Shown here: positions 13,593 through 26,794 of the stretch, in pieces
Position numbering within the stretch: position 1 is the first letter of the stretch
Layout: each line of letters starts with the position of its first letter
Program-made: the position numbers and the translations under genes
The notes under the pieces: generated by a model
What the model was told of the DNA's origin: nothing
Database searches by the model: none
What the model saw: the letters and a program-made list of their open reading frames with translations, nothing else
Source of the DNA: Eledone cirrhosa
Lineage: Eukaryota
Direction: 5' to 3'
Length of the DNA: 64,000 nucleotides
Assembly: GCA_964016885.1 (NCBI GenBank)
Contig: OZ024752.1
Span: forward strand, 10,416,001-10,480,000

Positions 13593-14102
13593 AGGGGTTG
13601 TCAAAGTGGGCACTAATACCCACTGGGGCCATTGAGAAGGTCCAGGGGGTGATGGGTTCGGTAGAGATGATCTAATACTGTATTAAATATCAATGTATAC
13701 ATACTATATATAAATATGATAAAATGAAATACAAATATATAACATTTATCTATACATAGTATATGTTATATGATAAATAAAATCGTTAATTTATAAATAA
13801 TTGTTTCTACTTTAGGCACAAGGCCTATACCCAGCAATTCACCAGTGCATTGCTGGTACTTTATTTTATCGACCCCGTCAGGATGAAAGGCAAAGTCAAC
13901 CTCGGCGGGATTTGAACTCAGATCGTAAAGGGACGTAACTATGCTGGAAAGCATGGCGTCCAACCCTCTACTGATACTGCCATAAATAATAAATTATATA
14001 TTATTTACAATTTGAATTAAGGCAGGTCTTTCTGAAAATAGGGGTGAGGTGCCGAGGGTATTATACAGAGGGGTGGTGGCATAAAAGGTTTGAGACTTTC
14101 TG
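13593..14102. mobile_element. Possible hAT/Charlie-like MITE interrupted by a SINE family 1 copy (13797-13982, -)
   Basis: Starts caggggttgtcaaa and ends gtttgagactttctg (degenerate Charlie-type TIRs); no clear 8-bp TSD. The SINE itself is clear. Confidence 0.4.
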
Positions 14103-14217
14103 GGTTCAGAAGAAAATTAATCAAGGAAGTTCAAAGGATAAGACTGCTGAATACGGGGAATAACCCCTGAAAACTTCAAAAACACCAAGACCTGCTTCGC
14201 AACAAAGATGGTTTACC

Positions 14218-14375
14218 CTACTCACCACCATAAGCGCTGAGCTGGGCAGTCACAGGTGTGAGCCTCGTGAGGTGGAATGGCTCTTCCAGCGCATCTCCTT
14301 TACATCCTCCAGGGAAACGCCTTCTCCATCCTGTCCGCCGGGGCTGTGGGGAGGCCAGACGTGGGACCCCATTTG
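14218..14375 (+). mobile_element. CRE-like REL 3' fragment
   Basis: Similar to 7212-7360 (..AELGSHRCEPREVEWLFQRIS..GNAFSIL). Confidence 0.7.
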
Positions 14376-15406
14376 CTCACCATACGGATTAATAGGCAAA
14401 CTTATAAATTATTGAAAATAAAATCCATAGTTATATAAAAAAAAGAAAAATCAAGAATCGTACATAGTTTGATTAGGAGCACATAACTGACTACCAAGTT
14501 AAATCGCTGAACATAATATGTGTCCTTTACAAAGATGGTTATACCTGTATATATAAGAAGTGGGTAACCGACACAGCACCAATATATAATTAAATATCCA
14601 CATTTTTTTTCTAAATGCAGACATGTAAAAAGGACGAAAATACGACTGTCCCTTAAATAAAAAAAAAAGGAAAGTGTTAAATTCATTCAATTGGTTTGTT
14701 TTCAATTTACTGGCAAATTCTCATTTCTGGCATGTTCATGTCTCTATAGAAGGAATATGTGTATATTTGTGTATGCATTTGCGCAATCCTACTTACCGAA
14801 TCTGTATTTGTAGATATAACTTTAAAGTACAATTCGTCTGCTTGGCATTCTTCTCAATATATACATATATGATGGCTGCAAACTCTGCTACAAGTATTGT
14901 AATCGCTTGTCAGATTATATAGTTTGGTTCACTTTTAGGCTACGGCCAGCCACACAAACCTGTAAAATACCCTGAACTAGCAATGCCTGTACTTTGAGGG
15001 TTTTTTTAAAGTGGGGAAAGGCCTTGAACTCGAACAATCTCTCTCTCTCTCTGAGCATCGAAAACACTACCCGAAAAGGAGAACTAGTCAATATTACTGG
15101 ATGCTTCCGAAACCGCAGTTTTTTTTTCTTTTCAGAGTTTCCTTGTCCTAGAAAGGTGTTGTGACAAAATACATAGAAAGCGAGGCAGCGACGGAGAGAG
15201 AGAGAGAAAAGAGAGAGGGCGAGAGAGATATGCGTGCGTGTGTGATGCTGCTGTTACTGCTGCTGAGATCGGGCTTACCGCTAATAATGGGTGTACTCGA
15301 TTTATGGAGAGATGCAGAGCGGGTATAGAAATTAGTAAAATCCCCACCACCGCACCAAGTCTTTTCGGCTTGCTTGTTTGAGATGTTACAACTAAACCCC
15401 TCTCTC

Positions 15407-15451
<45 letters not shown>

Positions 15452-15747
15452 CGTCTTGTCACTGTTGAGGAAGGATAAATGCTTTAATTGTATCCTAAAC
15501 ATCTTCCAGCCGTTGGTGGAGTCATTCGCGTTTATCATCAATTTGGCACTTCTCTTAGTCTCGCTAAGATATAGTATTGTTTTCTTCGAGGTGGTCGTTA
15601 TTAGTTCGTCGTAACTAAATCACTGGGTTGTCAGTGTTTCCCGCGATCTAACAGTATCACCCATATCCTTTCATTCCCTAATTCCTTACTTCTGTCTACT
15701 TAACGGTTGCTACTTTGCCCCCCCCCCCCCAGGAGCGCAGTTTCATC

Positions 15748-15873
15748 GTAGATAACCATCATTTCAGGTGACCCTATCGCTTTACGCCACCTGTGACCGG
15801 TCCTCTCAATTATATGGTAGATAACCATCATTTCCGGAGACCTATCTCTTTGTGCCACCTGTGACCTGTCCTC
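15748..15873 (+). repeat. Two imperfect ~60-bp direct repeats
   Basis: gtagataaccatcattt..gaccctatc.cttt..gccacctgtgacc.gtcctct at ~15748 and ~15817. Confidence 0.75.
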
Positions 15874-16109
15874 TAGCAGAAGAACTATGCTGAAAAGTTA
15901 GATGAAAGTGATGAAGGAATTGTCTTAAACATGGTATTTGCAGCTTAGTAACTAATACAAAAGAATTTAATCTCAAATATATATGTAATTTAGGTACACA
16001 TACACATATATCTGCCTGTCTGTCTGTTTCCCTCTCTATATTTACACCCACACACATCTGTTTTTCCCTCTGTAGATTTACACACGCATACAGACACACA
16101 CTGGCAGAC

Positions 16110-16276
16110 ACGGTAGAGCGTCAGATGCCATGCTTTGTAGTATAGTTATGGCCCCTTATGTTCTGAGTTCAAATTCCGCCGAGGTTAACTTTGCATTTCC
16201 TCCTTACGGAGTCGATAAAATAAAGTACCAGTAATGCACTGGAGTAATTGCTGGCCTTGTGCCAAAAGTAGAAACA
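16110..16276 (+). mobile_element. SINE family 1
   Basis: Consensus match. Confidence 0.8.
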
Positions 16277-16965
16277 TATATATATATAAAATCCTCTTTC
16301 AGTATATTCTATATAGCGTTTTATTTTCAGTTCATTTTCGCATCATATCTCTCTTGGGTTATATTCCTCATAATTTATATATATTCCATCAGTAACGTTG
16401 GTTGTCCTATGGGGCAATTTAAAGAAGAGCAACTCAAAATTCAAAATAGAATGAAATTATTGAACTGTGTCTACTTCACTGATGACGTCACATTTCGCTA
16501 TGAATTTTATTTCACATAAATAGTACTAATTTTGCTGCATGAATATTACAAGTAAATTTTCCTAAGAATGTAGACATTTACTAGCTAGTCTATGTATTTG
16601 GATAAATGGTGGTGGGATATGGAGACCTACAGATTTTCCCCAAGAGATCTGTGTCTGCTATTTCTAAAGCAAATTACAATGGATAATATGCCAATGCATG
16701 ACAAGACATAAAGCAATTGTATGATTAAAAGAATGGTTCATAAGTCCAACCGCCAACAAGTCTACTTGTACGAAATCTTGCATATGTTAGAAACAGTATA
16801 TTGTTATTCTCAAATCACGCTCTAACATCTTAGGAAATTACGGTTGTGTTCAATAGTATGAGTTTACCTATATGCATATAATATAAGGGGTTGGTTTGGT
16901 GATTTGATAAAATCTTATATAATCTTATACAATCGGTTACATCTATTTGAATGCTATTATCTAAA

Positions 16966-17558
16966 AGGGCGGTGGATTGGCAGTATCGGTAGAGAGTCGG
17001 ACGCCATGCTTTGACGCATAGAGTTACGCCCCTTTATGATCTGAGTTCAAATCCCGCCGAGGTTAACTTTGCCTTTCATCCTTACGGGGTCGATAAAATA
17101 AAGTACCAGTAATGCACTGGGTATTTGCTGGCCTTGTGCCAAAAGTAGAAACAATTATCTAAATTGGATTGGCAGTATCGGCAGAGGGTCGGATGCCATG
17201 CTTTGCAGCAAAGAGTTACAGCCCTTATCCCGCCGATGTTAACTTCGCCTTTCATCTTTACGATGTCGATGAAATAAAGTACCAGTAATACACTGGATAA
17301 TTACTGGCCTCGTGCCAATAGTAGAAACAATTATATAAATTAATATGATTTCTAGTATAGACACAAGGACAGTAATTTGGGATGGGAAGTCGATTAAATC
17401 GACCGCAGTACGTTACTGGTACTTTATTTTATCGACCCCATAAGGATGAAAGGTAAAGTTAACCACGGTGGGATTTGAAGTCAGGCCATAAATGGCCGTA
17501 ACTCTATGTTGCCAAGCATGGTGTCCGACCCTCTACCGATATTGCCAATCCACCGCCA
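16966..17558. mobile_element. SINE family 1 cluster: two + copies then one - copy (tail-to-tail)
   Basis: 16966-17160 (+), 17165-17333 (+), 17347-17558 (-). Confidence 0.85.
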
Positions 17559-17803
17559 AGATTTTCTAAATTAATATAACTAACAATTCCCAATATGAAA
17601 AGAGACGTCTGTATAGCAACTCAACCTGCTAGAAATAGCAGCCATAAAACCGTTAATTTAAGCCATCCCAACTTGACAGTTTCGATATCAATCAGTGTGA
17701 TGAAATATCCGTTTAATCAATCACGACAGAGATCAATTGTAAACCAATATACTATTTACATCGGTCCAAATGATTGTAAGAGAAAAATGGTTTTAGCTTT
17801 ACG

Positions 17804-17886
17804 TTTTGGGTCGTCAAGTATGGAATGTGTAGAGATTTGTAGAAAGAACACAGATTTCTACAAATTTTATACTTAACTACCCAATA
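17804..17886. mobile_element. ~85-bp Tc1/mariner-type MITE, second copy
   Basis: ttgggtcgtcaagtat ... atacttaactacccaata. Confidence 0.65.
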
Positions 17887-18014
17887 TAATTGAAAGGTAT
17901 GTTTAGAATTATAAACAAACGTTAGGTTTGTCATAATAGAATGTAACATGTGCATTTAATGTTTTTACACTGTGGCTGCAATGGAGTGTGTACGAGTAGA
18001 TTCTTTGCTAACCC

Positions 18015-18022
18015 AGTCATGT

Positions 18023-18081
<59 letters not shown>

Positions 18082-18086
18082 AACCC

Positions 18087-18129
<43 letters not shown>

Positions 18130-18232
18130 AACCCATGTACATATATATACATACACAGAAACCCATATATATACACACACACAAACCCATGTATATATTT
18201 ATATGTATACATACACAGAAACCCATGTATAC

Positions 18233-18264
<32 letters not shown>

Positions 18265-18335
18265 ACCCATGTATATATTTATATATATACACACAAACCC
18301 ATGTATATATATATATACACACACAAAAACCCAAG
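18015..18335. repeat. Microsatellite-derived minisatellite (acacaaacccatgtatat unit)
   Basis: aaacccatgta recurs about 7 times within TA/CA tracts. Confidence 0.85.
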
Positions 18336-20264
18336 TAGATATATATATATATAGAGAGAGAGTGTGTGCGTACGTACGCGTGTGTGCGCTCATTGTTTCC
18401 ATAAAGCATGACTGTCAAGATTATTAAGTTTTCTTCCTGTTATAACCGAATCCTACCTATTACAAAAGTTGCCGTTATTCTATATTCTTTAGACTGAATG
18501 ACATTTCTATAGATCCTCCCTTTGGCACAAGAACATAAATAAAATGGTACCTTAACTTACGATATGAATTGAGACAGATAGAAATTAGAGAATGTTGTGC
18601 TACTACAGAAATAGCTGTAGCCGTAAATATGTTTGCTGAAAACCGTTTCTAAATTTTTGAGGACATAGTTGTATTTTAATTTGCAGGAAGAGTTGGAGGA
18701 TTTTAATCCAGAAAATATGGTTCAAAATATATTTTCTACTCCACTAATTAACAGCTGAAGGAAAATCCCTAAGAAAGTTGGAAATGATAGCTGTAGGATG
18801 TATTTCATATTTCTTATTTACTATGAAGTGCGTAAAATTTCCGCAGGCAAGTAATAACACTTCAATAAATTGTTAATATATGGCATATTTCTTTCCTCAT
18901 AAATCTTCAGAAAATTTATATCTTCTGCCGGTATTAATAATAGCCAAAGGCAATGTTTGGATAATTGAAATACCAATATTAATATTAAGACCGCATAAAT
19001 GAGGATTTTTTACATTTATTAAATGCTTAACGTGGTTGTTTCTCATAAGGTGTTAGCTTTATCGCTTCATTTCTCTGAAAACCCAATGGACATACGTTCA
19101 AAACAAATGAACTATTTTATTTCCCATGCGTATCTTTGAAAATTTTAATAAATTTTGTGATTAGCAGAGATTGTGATGATAAAATGTTCTGTTAAATTTT
19201 ATCGTAGAGTATATAACTAAATGTAATGATAATTATATGTGTGATAATATAAATTTAATTATCATCATGTGTGCGTGATAATATTTGTATATAAAGTTTT
19301 GTAATTATGTCTATAGGTTTCTATGCACATAACCTCTAAGAACAAGTGGATCTATTCAGGTATAAGACTTGTTTAGTTGTCTTTGGATAGTTGTGGCTCT
19401 ATATAAAATTCCTGCATTGAAATCTCTCTTGTTTATGTAAAATGAGTCCTCAAGAAAGAATAAATATATCCCGAAATATTTATTCATTCCATGACGTAGA
19501 TAATATCAATCGGAATTAAAAAAAATAAATTATTACTACGATACACCATACTTTGAAGCCATGAAGTATGATACATTTAGAACCCCATACAATAATATAA
19601 CTACACGAAATACTACTCCGACTGTGTTATTTAGATGAATACAAGCTGTCAAAAGTAATTCTAGCTTTAGGATAGACACTATATTGTTTTAGAGAGAAAT
19701 ATTTCCTTGAAGCGACAGGGAAATTGTATTCAGTATTGAAATTGAAACGTTAATAGAAATTTAGATAATTCAGAATTTACAGTCGAATTTTTGTCTGAAG
19801 CTCGAATTATTTAGACATACACTGAGATACTCTGTTATCAAAACACATTTTCGTAAACAAAAGGAAAATATCCGTAACAGCTTACTTTCAGATGCCATTT
19901 TCTTTGTCATGTTTCATAAGACCAGCATATATGATTGCAATGGAGAGTAAAATACCTTTAGAACAAGTCTTTCAGGTTTTTACTTTCACGTTATATTTGT
20001 CATTTATTAATTTCCATTAACGCCACTACAAGAACACCATGCAATGTCTTTCATAAACCATCTGTTCCATCAGGCATTCTTGGCAGTTATATATATGTAT
20101 CAGTATAGCATATTATGTTTATATTCTCCTAGTATTTTACGGTCAATTTACTCTGCCCTGCCAAATTTTACTTGCACTAAAGTATTTATATTATCGGCGA
20201 TGTATTTGTTTTGCAAGGGTTTTGATATGAAATCGTGTGTTGAAGCATATATTGTTATATTTAG

Positions 20265-20392
20265 GGAGGGTCATGCACATGGCTGAGTAGTTAGAGAATT
20301 GGAGTCTCAATCGTGAGGTTGTCATTTAGATTCCCGGACTGGGCGATACGTTATGTCCTTGTGCAAGACAGTTTATTTCACGTTGCTCCTTC
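20265..20392 (+). mobile_element. SINE family 2, 5' part
   Basis: tggctgagtagttaga..ttatgtccttgtgcaagacagtttatttcacgttgctcc. Confidence 0.65.
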
Positions 20393-20837
20393 TACCTGGA
20401 GTTGCAACCGATAGAAAGTATTAGCAATTGGAAAGACCAATGGAAACATTCTTTCCTTTGTCCGATTTCAAGAAAGAAGATCGACTATCGATGTTTTCCT
20501 TCTATTGCCAAAAATAAAGAAACACAATCAATGTTTAGTTTGATTGTCGCTTCAGTGTATTTATATAAATAATTTAGCTAATTATAATTTAAATAATTAT
20601 GTATACAAATATATTCAAGCGGAAACCAAACCAAGAAGTACGTGTGTGTTTTACTATATCTTTGGCCAAATTAAGACAGCACGACTCTCCGCAAATATAA
20701 CAATATCTTTATTATTATGCAATGTAATTCAATAATTATAGACATCAACAATAGTATAAATAAAAGATTATTTTGTTCATCATTAGTGACTTGTTCGCAT
20801 TCAATATCTTGCTTACAGCTCATAAAACTATCAAATG

Positions 20838-20970
20838 TATGATAATGATGGTGGTAATGGTGGAGGTGGTGGTGATGATGATGGAGATGATGAAGATTAT
20901 AATGATGATAAATATGATGCTGAAGATGATGGTGAAGATGATGATGATGATGATGATGATTATAATGATG
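20838..20970. repeat. Degenerate (GAT)n trinucleotide repeat
   Basis: Directly visible. Confidence 0.9.
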
Positions 20971-21561
20971 GTTTCTTATATAGGCACAAGGCCAGCAATT
21001 TTGGGGGAGGGGAAAGTCGATTAAATCGACCTCCAGTGTGGGACTGGTACTCTATTTTATCGAATCGACCCCTAAAGGGTGAAAGGCAAAGTTAACCTCG
21101 GCAGGATTTGAACTTATAAAGGGCCGTAACTCTGCTGCAAATCATGGCGTCCGACCCTCTACCGATACTGCCAATCCACCGCCTTATAAGTATAATAAAG
21201 GGGTTGATGAGGATTATAATGCTGCGGATGCTGATGATAAAACTGGTTAATATATCGGTATTATAAAATCAAAACTGCTGACAAGAAAACGCAAGGATTC
21301 TTTGGAAATTTCCTGAACATACAGGCAGAGACATCTACACAAACACACTGGGTTTTATTATTTTGTTATTTTAGAGGGCGGTAGATTGGCAGAATTGGTA
21401 GAGGGTTGGACATGCTTTCCAGCATAGTTACGTCCCTTTACGATCTGTGTTCAAATCCCGCCAAGGCTAACTTTGCCTTTCATCCTTACGAGGTCGATAA
21501 AATAAAGTACCAGTAATGTACTGGTTAATTGCTGACCTTGTATCTAAATTAGAAATAATTA
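20967..21561. mobile_element. Two divergently oriented SINE family 1 copies
   Basis: 20967-21185 (-) and 21375-21561 (+). Confidence 0.8.
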
Positions 21562-21616
21562 TTTTGTTATTCTAGTACGTTCTTCAGTCGACAGGCTGAG
21601 GCCCTGCTGAAGCATC

Positions 21617-22147
21617 GTCATTGTGAAAGACCAAGCTAACAAACAATATTTAATGATTGATATGCACATCCTATGTGTTTACAATAATGCGGTAAAGAAA
21701 ATTGGCAAGCTTTGAAAATATAAAGATATGCTGATTGAAATTGAAACCAAATATAGCATCTCCAGGTGGTTACTATATCAGTGATTGTAGGAGTAGTAGA
21801 AGTGATCAGAAAAGGAAGAGGAAGTTATTTTAGAATGATTCCTGGCTTACCATCACTGCAAGAAATGCAAAAACCTATTTCCTCAGGTAATGCACACATA
21901 TTGAGGAAAGTACTATCACTAAGAAAGATAACCGTCTTTGTAACTTTTTTCCACATACGTTTATTGGATTATATTCTATATTTATGTTAGTTGTAAATAA
22001 TTGAGGGTTCTTATATGATTGAAAATATGATATGTGGCTTATCAATGTATCCAAGGAGCTGATCAGCCCTTGGTGCCTGGAGAAGACTCTCGGCAAATAA
22101 TGCAATCAGAACTGAAGGAAAAGGAAATACACAAACAATAATAATAA
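21617..22147 (+). mobile_element. R4/Dong-type LINE 3' end (REL endonuclease, 3' UTR, AAT tail)
   Basis: VIVKDQANKQYLMIDM...KL*KYKDMLIEI...VIVGVVEVIRKG...IPGLPSLQEMQK...GNAHILRKVLS, ending in (aat)n; a reversed SINE fragment (22145-22262) abuts the tail. Confidence 0.75.
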
Positions 22148-22261
22148 TTGTCTCTACTTTTGGCAGAAGGCCAGCAATTACCCAGTACATTACTGGTACT
22201 TTATCTTATCGACCCCGTAAGGATGAAAGGCAAAGATAACCTCGGCGGGATTTGAACTCAG

Positions 22262-23520
22262 ACCGCACAAACGTGACTGGGATCAGACGAACCACTGATA
22301 TGTGGAAAGCGTCTCCTACACAACCACTTGGGCAAAGTACAGCAGTCAGTGGGAAATATATAAAGGGAGCCAGGTACATGTTGTCAGACTCTGTCTGGCC
22401 TTTCAGAGATAGCTTCCGTTCAGCCTATGTCTGGATGTGTCTGGGCACACTTATCGTTATCTCGTTTCCTCTTCCTATCCATCCGGACAGATTCTGATGT
22501 TACAAACATCATGCCCCCTACCATCGACCATGTGAAACTGCATATTCCGGAAGGGACCTGAATACCTATCGACATGACAGATAATCAGAGAGTGTGTCAA
22601 TGGTTCATATTCATTTTGTAACTTGGTGTCAACAGCATTACGTTGACGCCGTGTGCATATGCGGCCATTCAAGTTCGAACCTGATCCTCTCCAAAATCTT
22701 GAGTTTAAGTAGCAGTCGCTCGGTAATCAGCACATAAATAAAAAGAAGAGGGCATATACTTGTGTAGTACATGACATATAATCTGAAACGATTCGAATAT
22801 GCGGCCTTTACTCTGAACACTGAGTAATTTCAACAGTACATTAAAACGTTCGAGGCTCTTAAACTGGGACCGAACCCGTTTGCCTTGAGAAGAGCTTTCA
22901 ATCAATCGAAGAGTCTTCGATTGATCCATGTTCTTCGGTGACCAACAGAAACCAGTTATAATGTCTACAATCGATACAATGTATCGCACGAAGGAAACAT
23001 TGTTGTGGATACATATGTTCGGGATTGAGCGCATCTATGCTTTCACGATCACATTTTTCACATCAAGTGGCAAATTCCTTTCTATGACAATGGCCAAAAT
23101 CATAACTTCAGTTTCGAAGACAGATGTAGATTAGGAATTATCAATTACGTTCTCAGCTCATATCATTCTCTAACCTAAATACTCCCTAATTCGCATTACT
23201 GGGCATTCTCCCGTTCTGTTGTAACTTGCACTAGACGGCAGCCAGGAAATCGGGAAAAAGGTTGGCATATCTATGTAGGGCTCGTAGGGCACATATAGCG
23301 ATTCTTATTTAGCACTGCTCACATTGACCTTTTGCAGCACACGGCATCGTCGTTCGAGTATCGTGGTGGGTAACCAGTGCTATCTCGTACCATGGCTAAT
23401 CTCCTACTTGATATGAACATTTCTGCAACGTACCGTAAGTAGGCTATGCACATCTGCCGGAATCGAATACCACTGATATTATTCGGTACATAAAACTCGA
23501 ATTGTGGCTGTAGTGGTCCC
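22262..23520 (-). pseudogene. Decayed L1/Tx1-type LINE ORF2 (RT N-terminal part joined to C-terminal zinc-binding region)
   Basis: Minus strand remnants PYE.Y, QQNGRMP, ILAIV, A*MRSIPNICIHNNVSFVRYIV (cf. Q-C-IPGR-IHDNL-L-RYII) and NMDQSK (cf. NLDQSKAFD); later CPDG*EEET...CP. Confidence 0.7.
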
Positions 23521-25688
23521 ATCTAACAGTGATCCATCTCTCGTAACTTAGTTTTGAAAATGAAGACCTCGTGGTTAGTGTTAAATGCATTTTCTAATTG
23601 TATATGTTTTGTTTATCTTCTATCTCCCTCAGTATTCTACTTCTTCAATAGCTGCCGCTTTGTGAACAGCTACCACAGCCATTTATTGATGATTGTCTTT
23701 GTCAACTGGATGTCATTGCTTGACCACCAAGCCGCTATAGTTAACTCTCTGGTAGTTCTTGTATCAGTTCATGTAGTATCTTCAATACAGTCATTTCGAC
23801 TCTGGTGAATACAATCAAAATCCCAATCAGAACACGCATTCATTTCGACAAATGATTCATGCAGCAATTTGCCTGAAACATTTTCATCTATATAATTTTG
23901 AAATGAAGCTTCATCCCAAACAATTTAACAGTAGATATGAAACAAGTTAACAATGGTTTTTTTATAAATAGGCTGTTGAATCCTTTTCAGATACATTAAC
24001 CCACATACGTATCTACCAAATAGTCATTTATTTTTACCATTAAGTGATCAATAGATAGGACAATAATCTCCTGAATCTGTATTCTTCTGCCAAATGACAA
24101 CATTCAATATTCAGCTAAAGTATATTCATGTCTTACCCTTGGCAGTATTCCTGGCTAACTATTTGATATTGAATTCATTAAGTTTTTAAGTGTTTTATAT
24201 TCTCTAGTATTGATTATCTAAACCATGAACTGGCAAATGTGGTTATCGCATCTATGTAATTTTATCGCGAAATATATCTTAGTTTGATGTATATACTGGG
24301 TTCAAAACAAAATTTGAGATTTGTTTCTTTTAAATTCAACACCAGTTATTCCAGCTTAAAATGCAGATATGAATAATAAAGTTACCACTTCGAATGTTCT
24401 TGGAATTGAATATTGGCACAGAACGAGCATGTGTTAATCGGATATTTGGGAATTTATGTATTCATAAAAATGATTTGTTGAAGAGTTTATGTGCAATAGC
24501 TGTTATCGAGAGAAAATTGTCTGGCATAGTAATTTCGTTTTGTAATGCATCATTTGTCTAACAAATGTTTAAAGTCATAAGAATTTGGGACAATGTAAAA
24601 TGGAGGGAAGGTCGTAACAGATATAATCGATTGATTTATTTTACTTCTATACAATGTATCAATACTGAATGGACGTACGTTGAAATAAAATTTGATGACA
24701 TGTAAGTTTAAACGTAACATGAGTGTACTAAATTCTGATATGCACTTATATGATCAAAACTGTTTAAAACATTCTTCAATAAGAATTAACATTCTTAATA
24801 ACAAGGACGAGAATACCTTGCTCACAAAGGGCTCTTACCAGTTTAATATATTTACTGTTCATGGAATTTATCTCCCTATATACTGCTTGTATGTAAAGAA
24901 ATATTATTGACTAGTTGTAACCAAATATCTCATCTAGTAAAATTATAGTTTAATGTATTTTACAAAATAAAGATCTCATTGAGATTGTCTCCATGTTTCC
25001 TCGGTAGATTTGCCATAGTTTGGGAGATAAATAGTTTGGCTTGAATCATTGTAGAATCACTTAATATTAATGACGAGAGTTGTAAGAAGCAATAATAAAA
25101 TACCGACAACACACTTAAACAAGAAGATAAAATTATTCACATTTTCCTTAAGTATACACCTATTAAATCGGGAGGATAAGACTTTGCCGCATCTCATAAG
25201 GCTGGCTGCAACTATTGTAATTACAACTAATGTGAATTTCCACCGAATTCATAGCCATAGAGCTACTTGATAAGCAGGGTTTTTTAAACATATATTAGTG
25301 TGTTAGCAAACTGAATTAGAGAGCGTTGTGCATATATATTAAAATTGATATATTCATATATATATTATGCCTAGGGAAACAACACTATAATACGTGGCAG
25401 TATTATGAAAATATCCCTAGTTATATGTAATAAGATTTATACTGAGGAAAATTGCATGTCAAAGTATAGTCACATATATATTACAGACATAAGAAACAGA
25501 TAGAATCACCCACTCACAAACAAGCACGCATAAAGACACAAAATCACAGGTATATTATCTTATAAATACGTATGTATACATACACACTATATATCTGCCC
25601 GTCCGTATCCGCGCGCGCGCGTGTGCGTGTGTGTGTATATAAATGTATATATATATATTTACTTCTGCGTTCACAGATCGACTATTTT

Positions 25689-25738
25689 AGTTTCAGAAGA
25701 TCCCGTTAAGGGTGAAAGCAGCGATTCTTTGCTTAAAC
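25689..25738 (+). ncRNA. Hammerhead-like motif, family A (CAGAAGA core)
   Basis: agttt CAGAAGA tcccgttaagggt GAAA gca..tgc TT aaac. Confidence 0.55.
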
Positions 25739-25766
25739 GTTAATCTTTTATATATATATATATATA

Positions 25767-26090
25767 TATAAATATTTCGTATCTCCAAAGAAATACGGGT
25801 TTAGGAAGCCGTAGCTATGCAAACACCGGGGGGCTAACGCCCTCTGGTGATGTCCAGCAAAGCAAGGGGGACAACTGTCTATGCATATCAGGCATAACTG
25901 GCCTTCATCAGGACGGTCCCTCCCACCGCTTGCGACAGCTGGACTAGAAGACAGGTGAGAAATGCATAGACGGTTGTCCCCCTTGCTTCTGCTGGACATC
26001 ACCAGAGGGCGTTAGCCCCCCCCCCCACTGTGTTTGCATAGCTACGGCTTCTTAAAACCGTATTTCTTTGGAGATACGAAATATTTATAC
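25767..26090. mobile_element. PLE pseudo-LTR with inverted partial copy (family B); HHR at 25874-25917 (-) with GAAA mutated to GATA
   Basis: ~125-bp inverted arms (25767-25888 and 25959-26088); same family as 60273-60470. Confidence 0.75.
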
Positions 26091-26254
26091 ATATTGTATT
26101 ATACATATTGTATTTCTTTTTTATATATATATATATATATATATAATAAAAGTATGTGTCCTATATGTAATTAATACATACAGGGATACAAGTATATTCT
26201 GTATGCCAGTGTGGTTCAATAGCAAGTTAATAGATTAACAAGCCCGAACATGTA

Positions 26255-26641
26255 AAATAAAGGGAGTGTAAACACAGAAAATATCTTAAAAAATAATAAT
26301 AATCAAATTCGAAGAAATTCACTGCACTTACTATATGTGCCTTTACCGCTGTTTCAGATCCCCAATAAATAGACAATCTAAGTGTTCCTAACCATAACTG
26401 ATTCATTCTGAGGCAGTTTGGTATGGCACCAGTTTGTAATTTGAAATCGGGAATGTTATATTCTCCGAGAGAGAAAAGCCTTCTGACGAGGATCTCTTTC
26501 TCAATGAAAATCCACTTGGATTGTCTATTTATTTGGGATCTGAAACCGCGGTAAAGGCACATATAGTAAGTACAGTGAATTTTTTCGAATTTAATTATTA
26601 TTATTTTTTAAAGATATTTTCTGTGTTTACACTCCTTTGAT

Positions 26642-26672
<31 letters not shown>

Positions 26673-26730
26673 GTATAATCAAGGGAGTGTAAACACGGAA
26701 AATATCTTAAAAAATAATAATAATTAAATA
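26255..26730. mobile_element. PLE pseudo-LTR with inverted copies (family C)
   Basis: 26255-26385 is the reverse complement of 26512-26640; a third partial copy lies at 26675-26730. Confidence 0.75.
26478..26558 (+). ncRNA. Type I hammerhead ribozyme motif (intact)
   Basis: gcctt CTGACGA ggatctc...gggatct GAAA ccgcgg TA aaggc; all three stems pair and the stem III segment is palindromic. Confidence 0.85.
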
Positions 26731-26732
26731 AT

Positions 26733-26794
<62 letters not shown>

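Noticed and set aside
15118-15410. Splice-acceptor-like polypyrimidine-AG followed by GA-rich sequence
   Set aside because: No supporting ORF or donor site; cannot be distinguished from chance.
15462-15509. Additional half or degenerate hammerhead-like strings (also ~6583, ~36515, ~40690, ~45830)
   Set aside because: They lack one core half or have several core mismatches, so they were not counted.
20773-21095. Asp/Gly-rich or Met-rich ORFs
   Set aside because: (GAT)n repeat running into a SINE.
23560-23830. Possible ancient mariner remnant on the minus strand (LPRELT, AAIEE)
   Set aside because: Too degenerate, and no TIRs were found.
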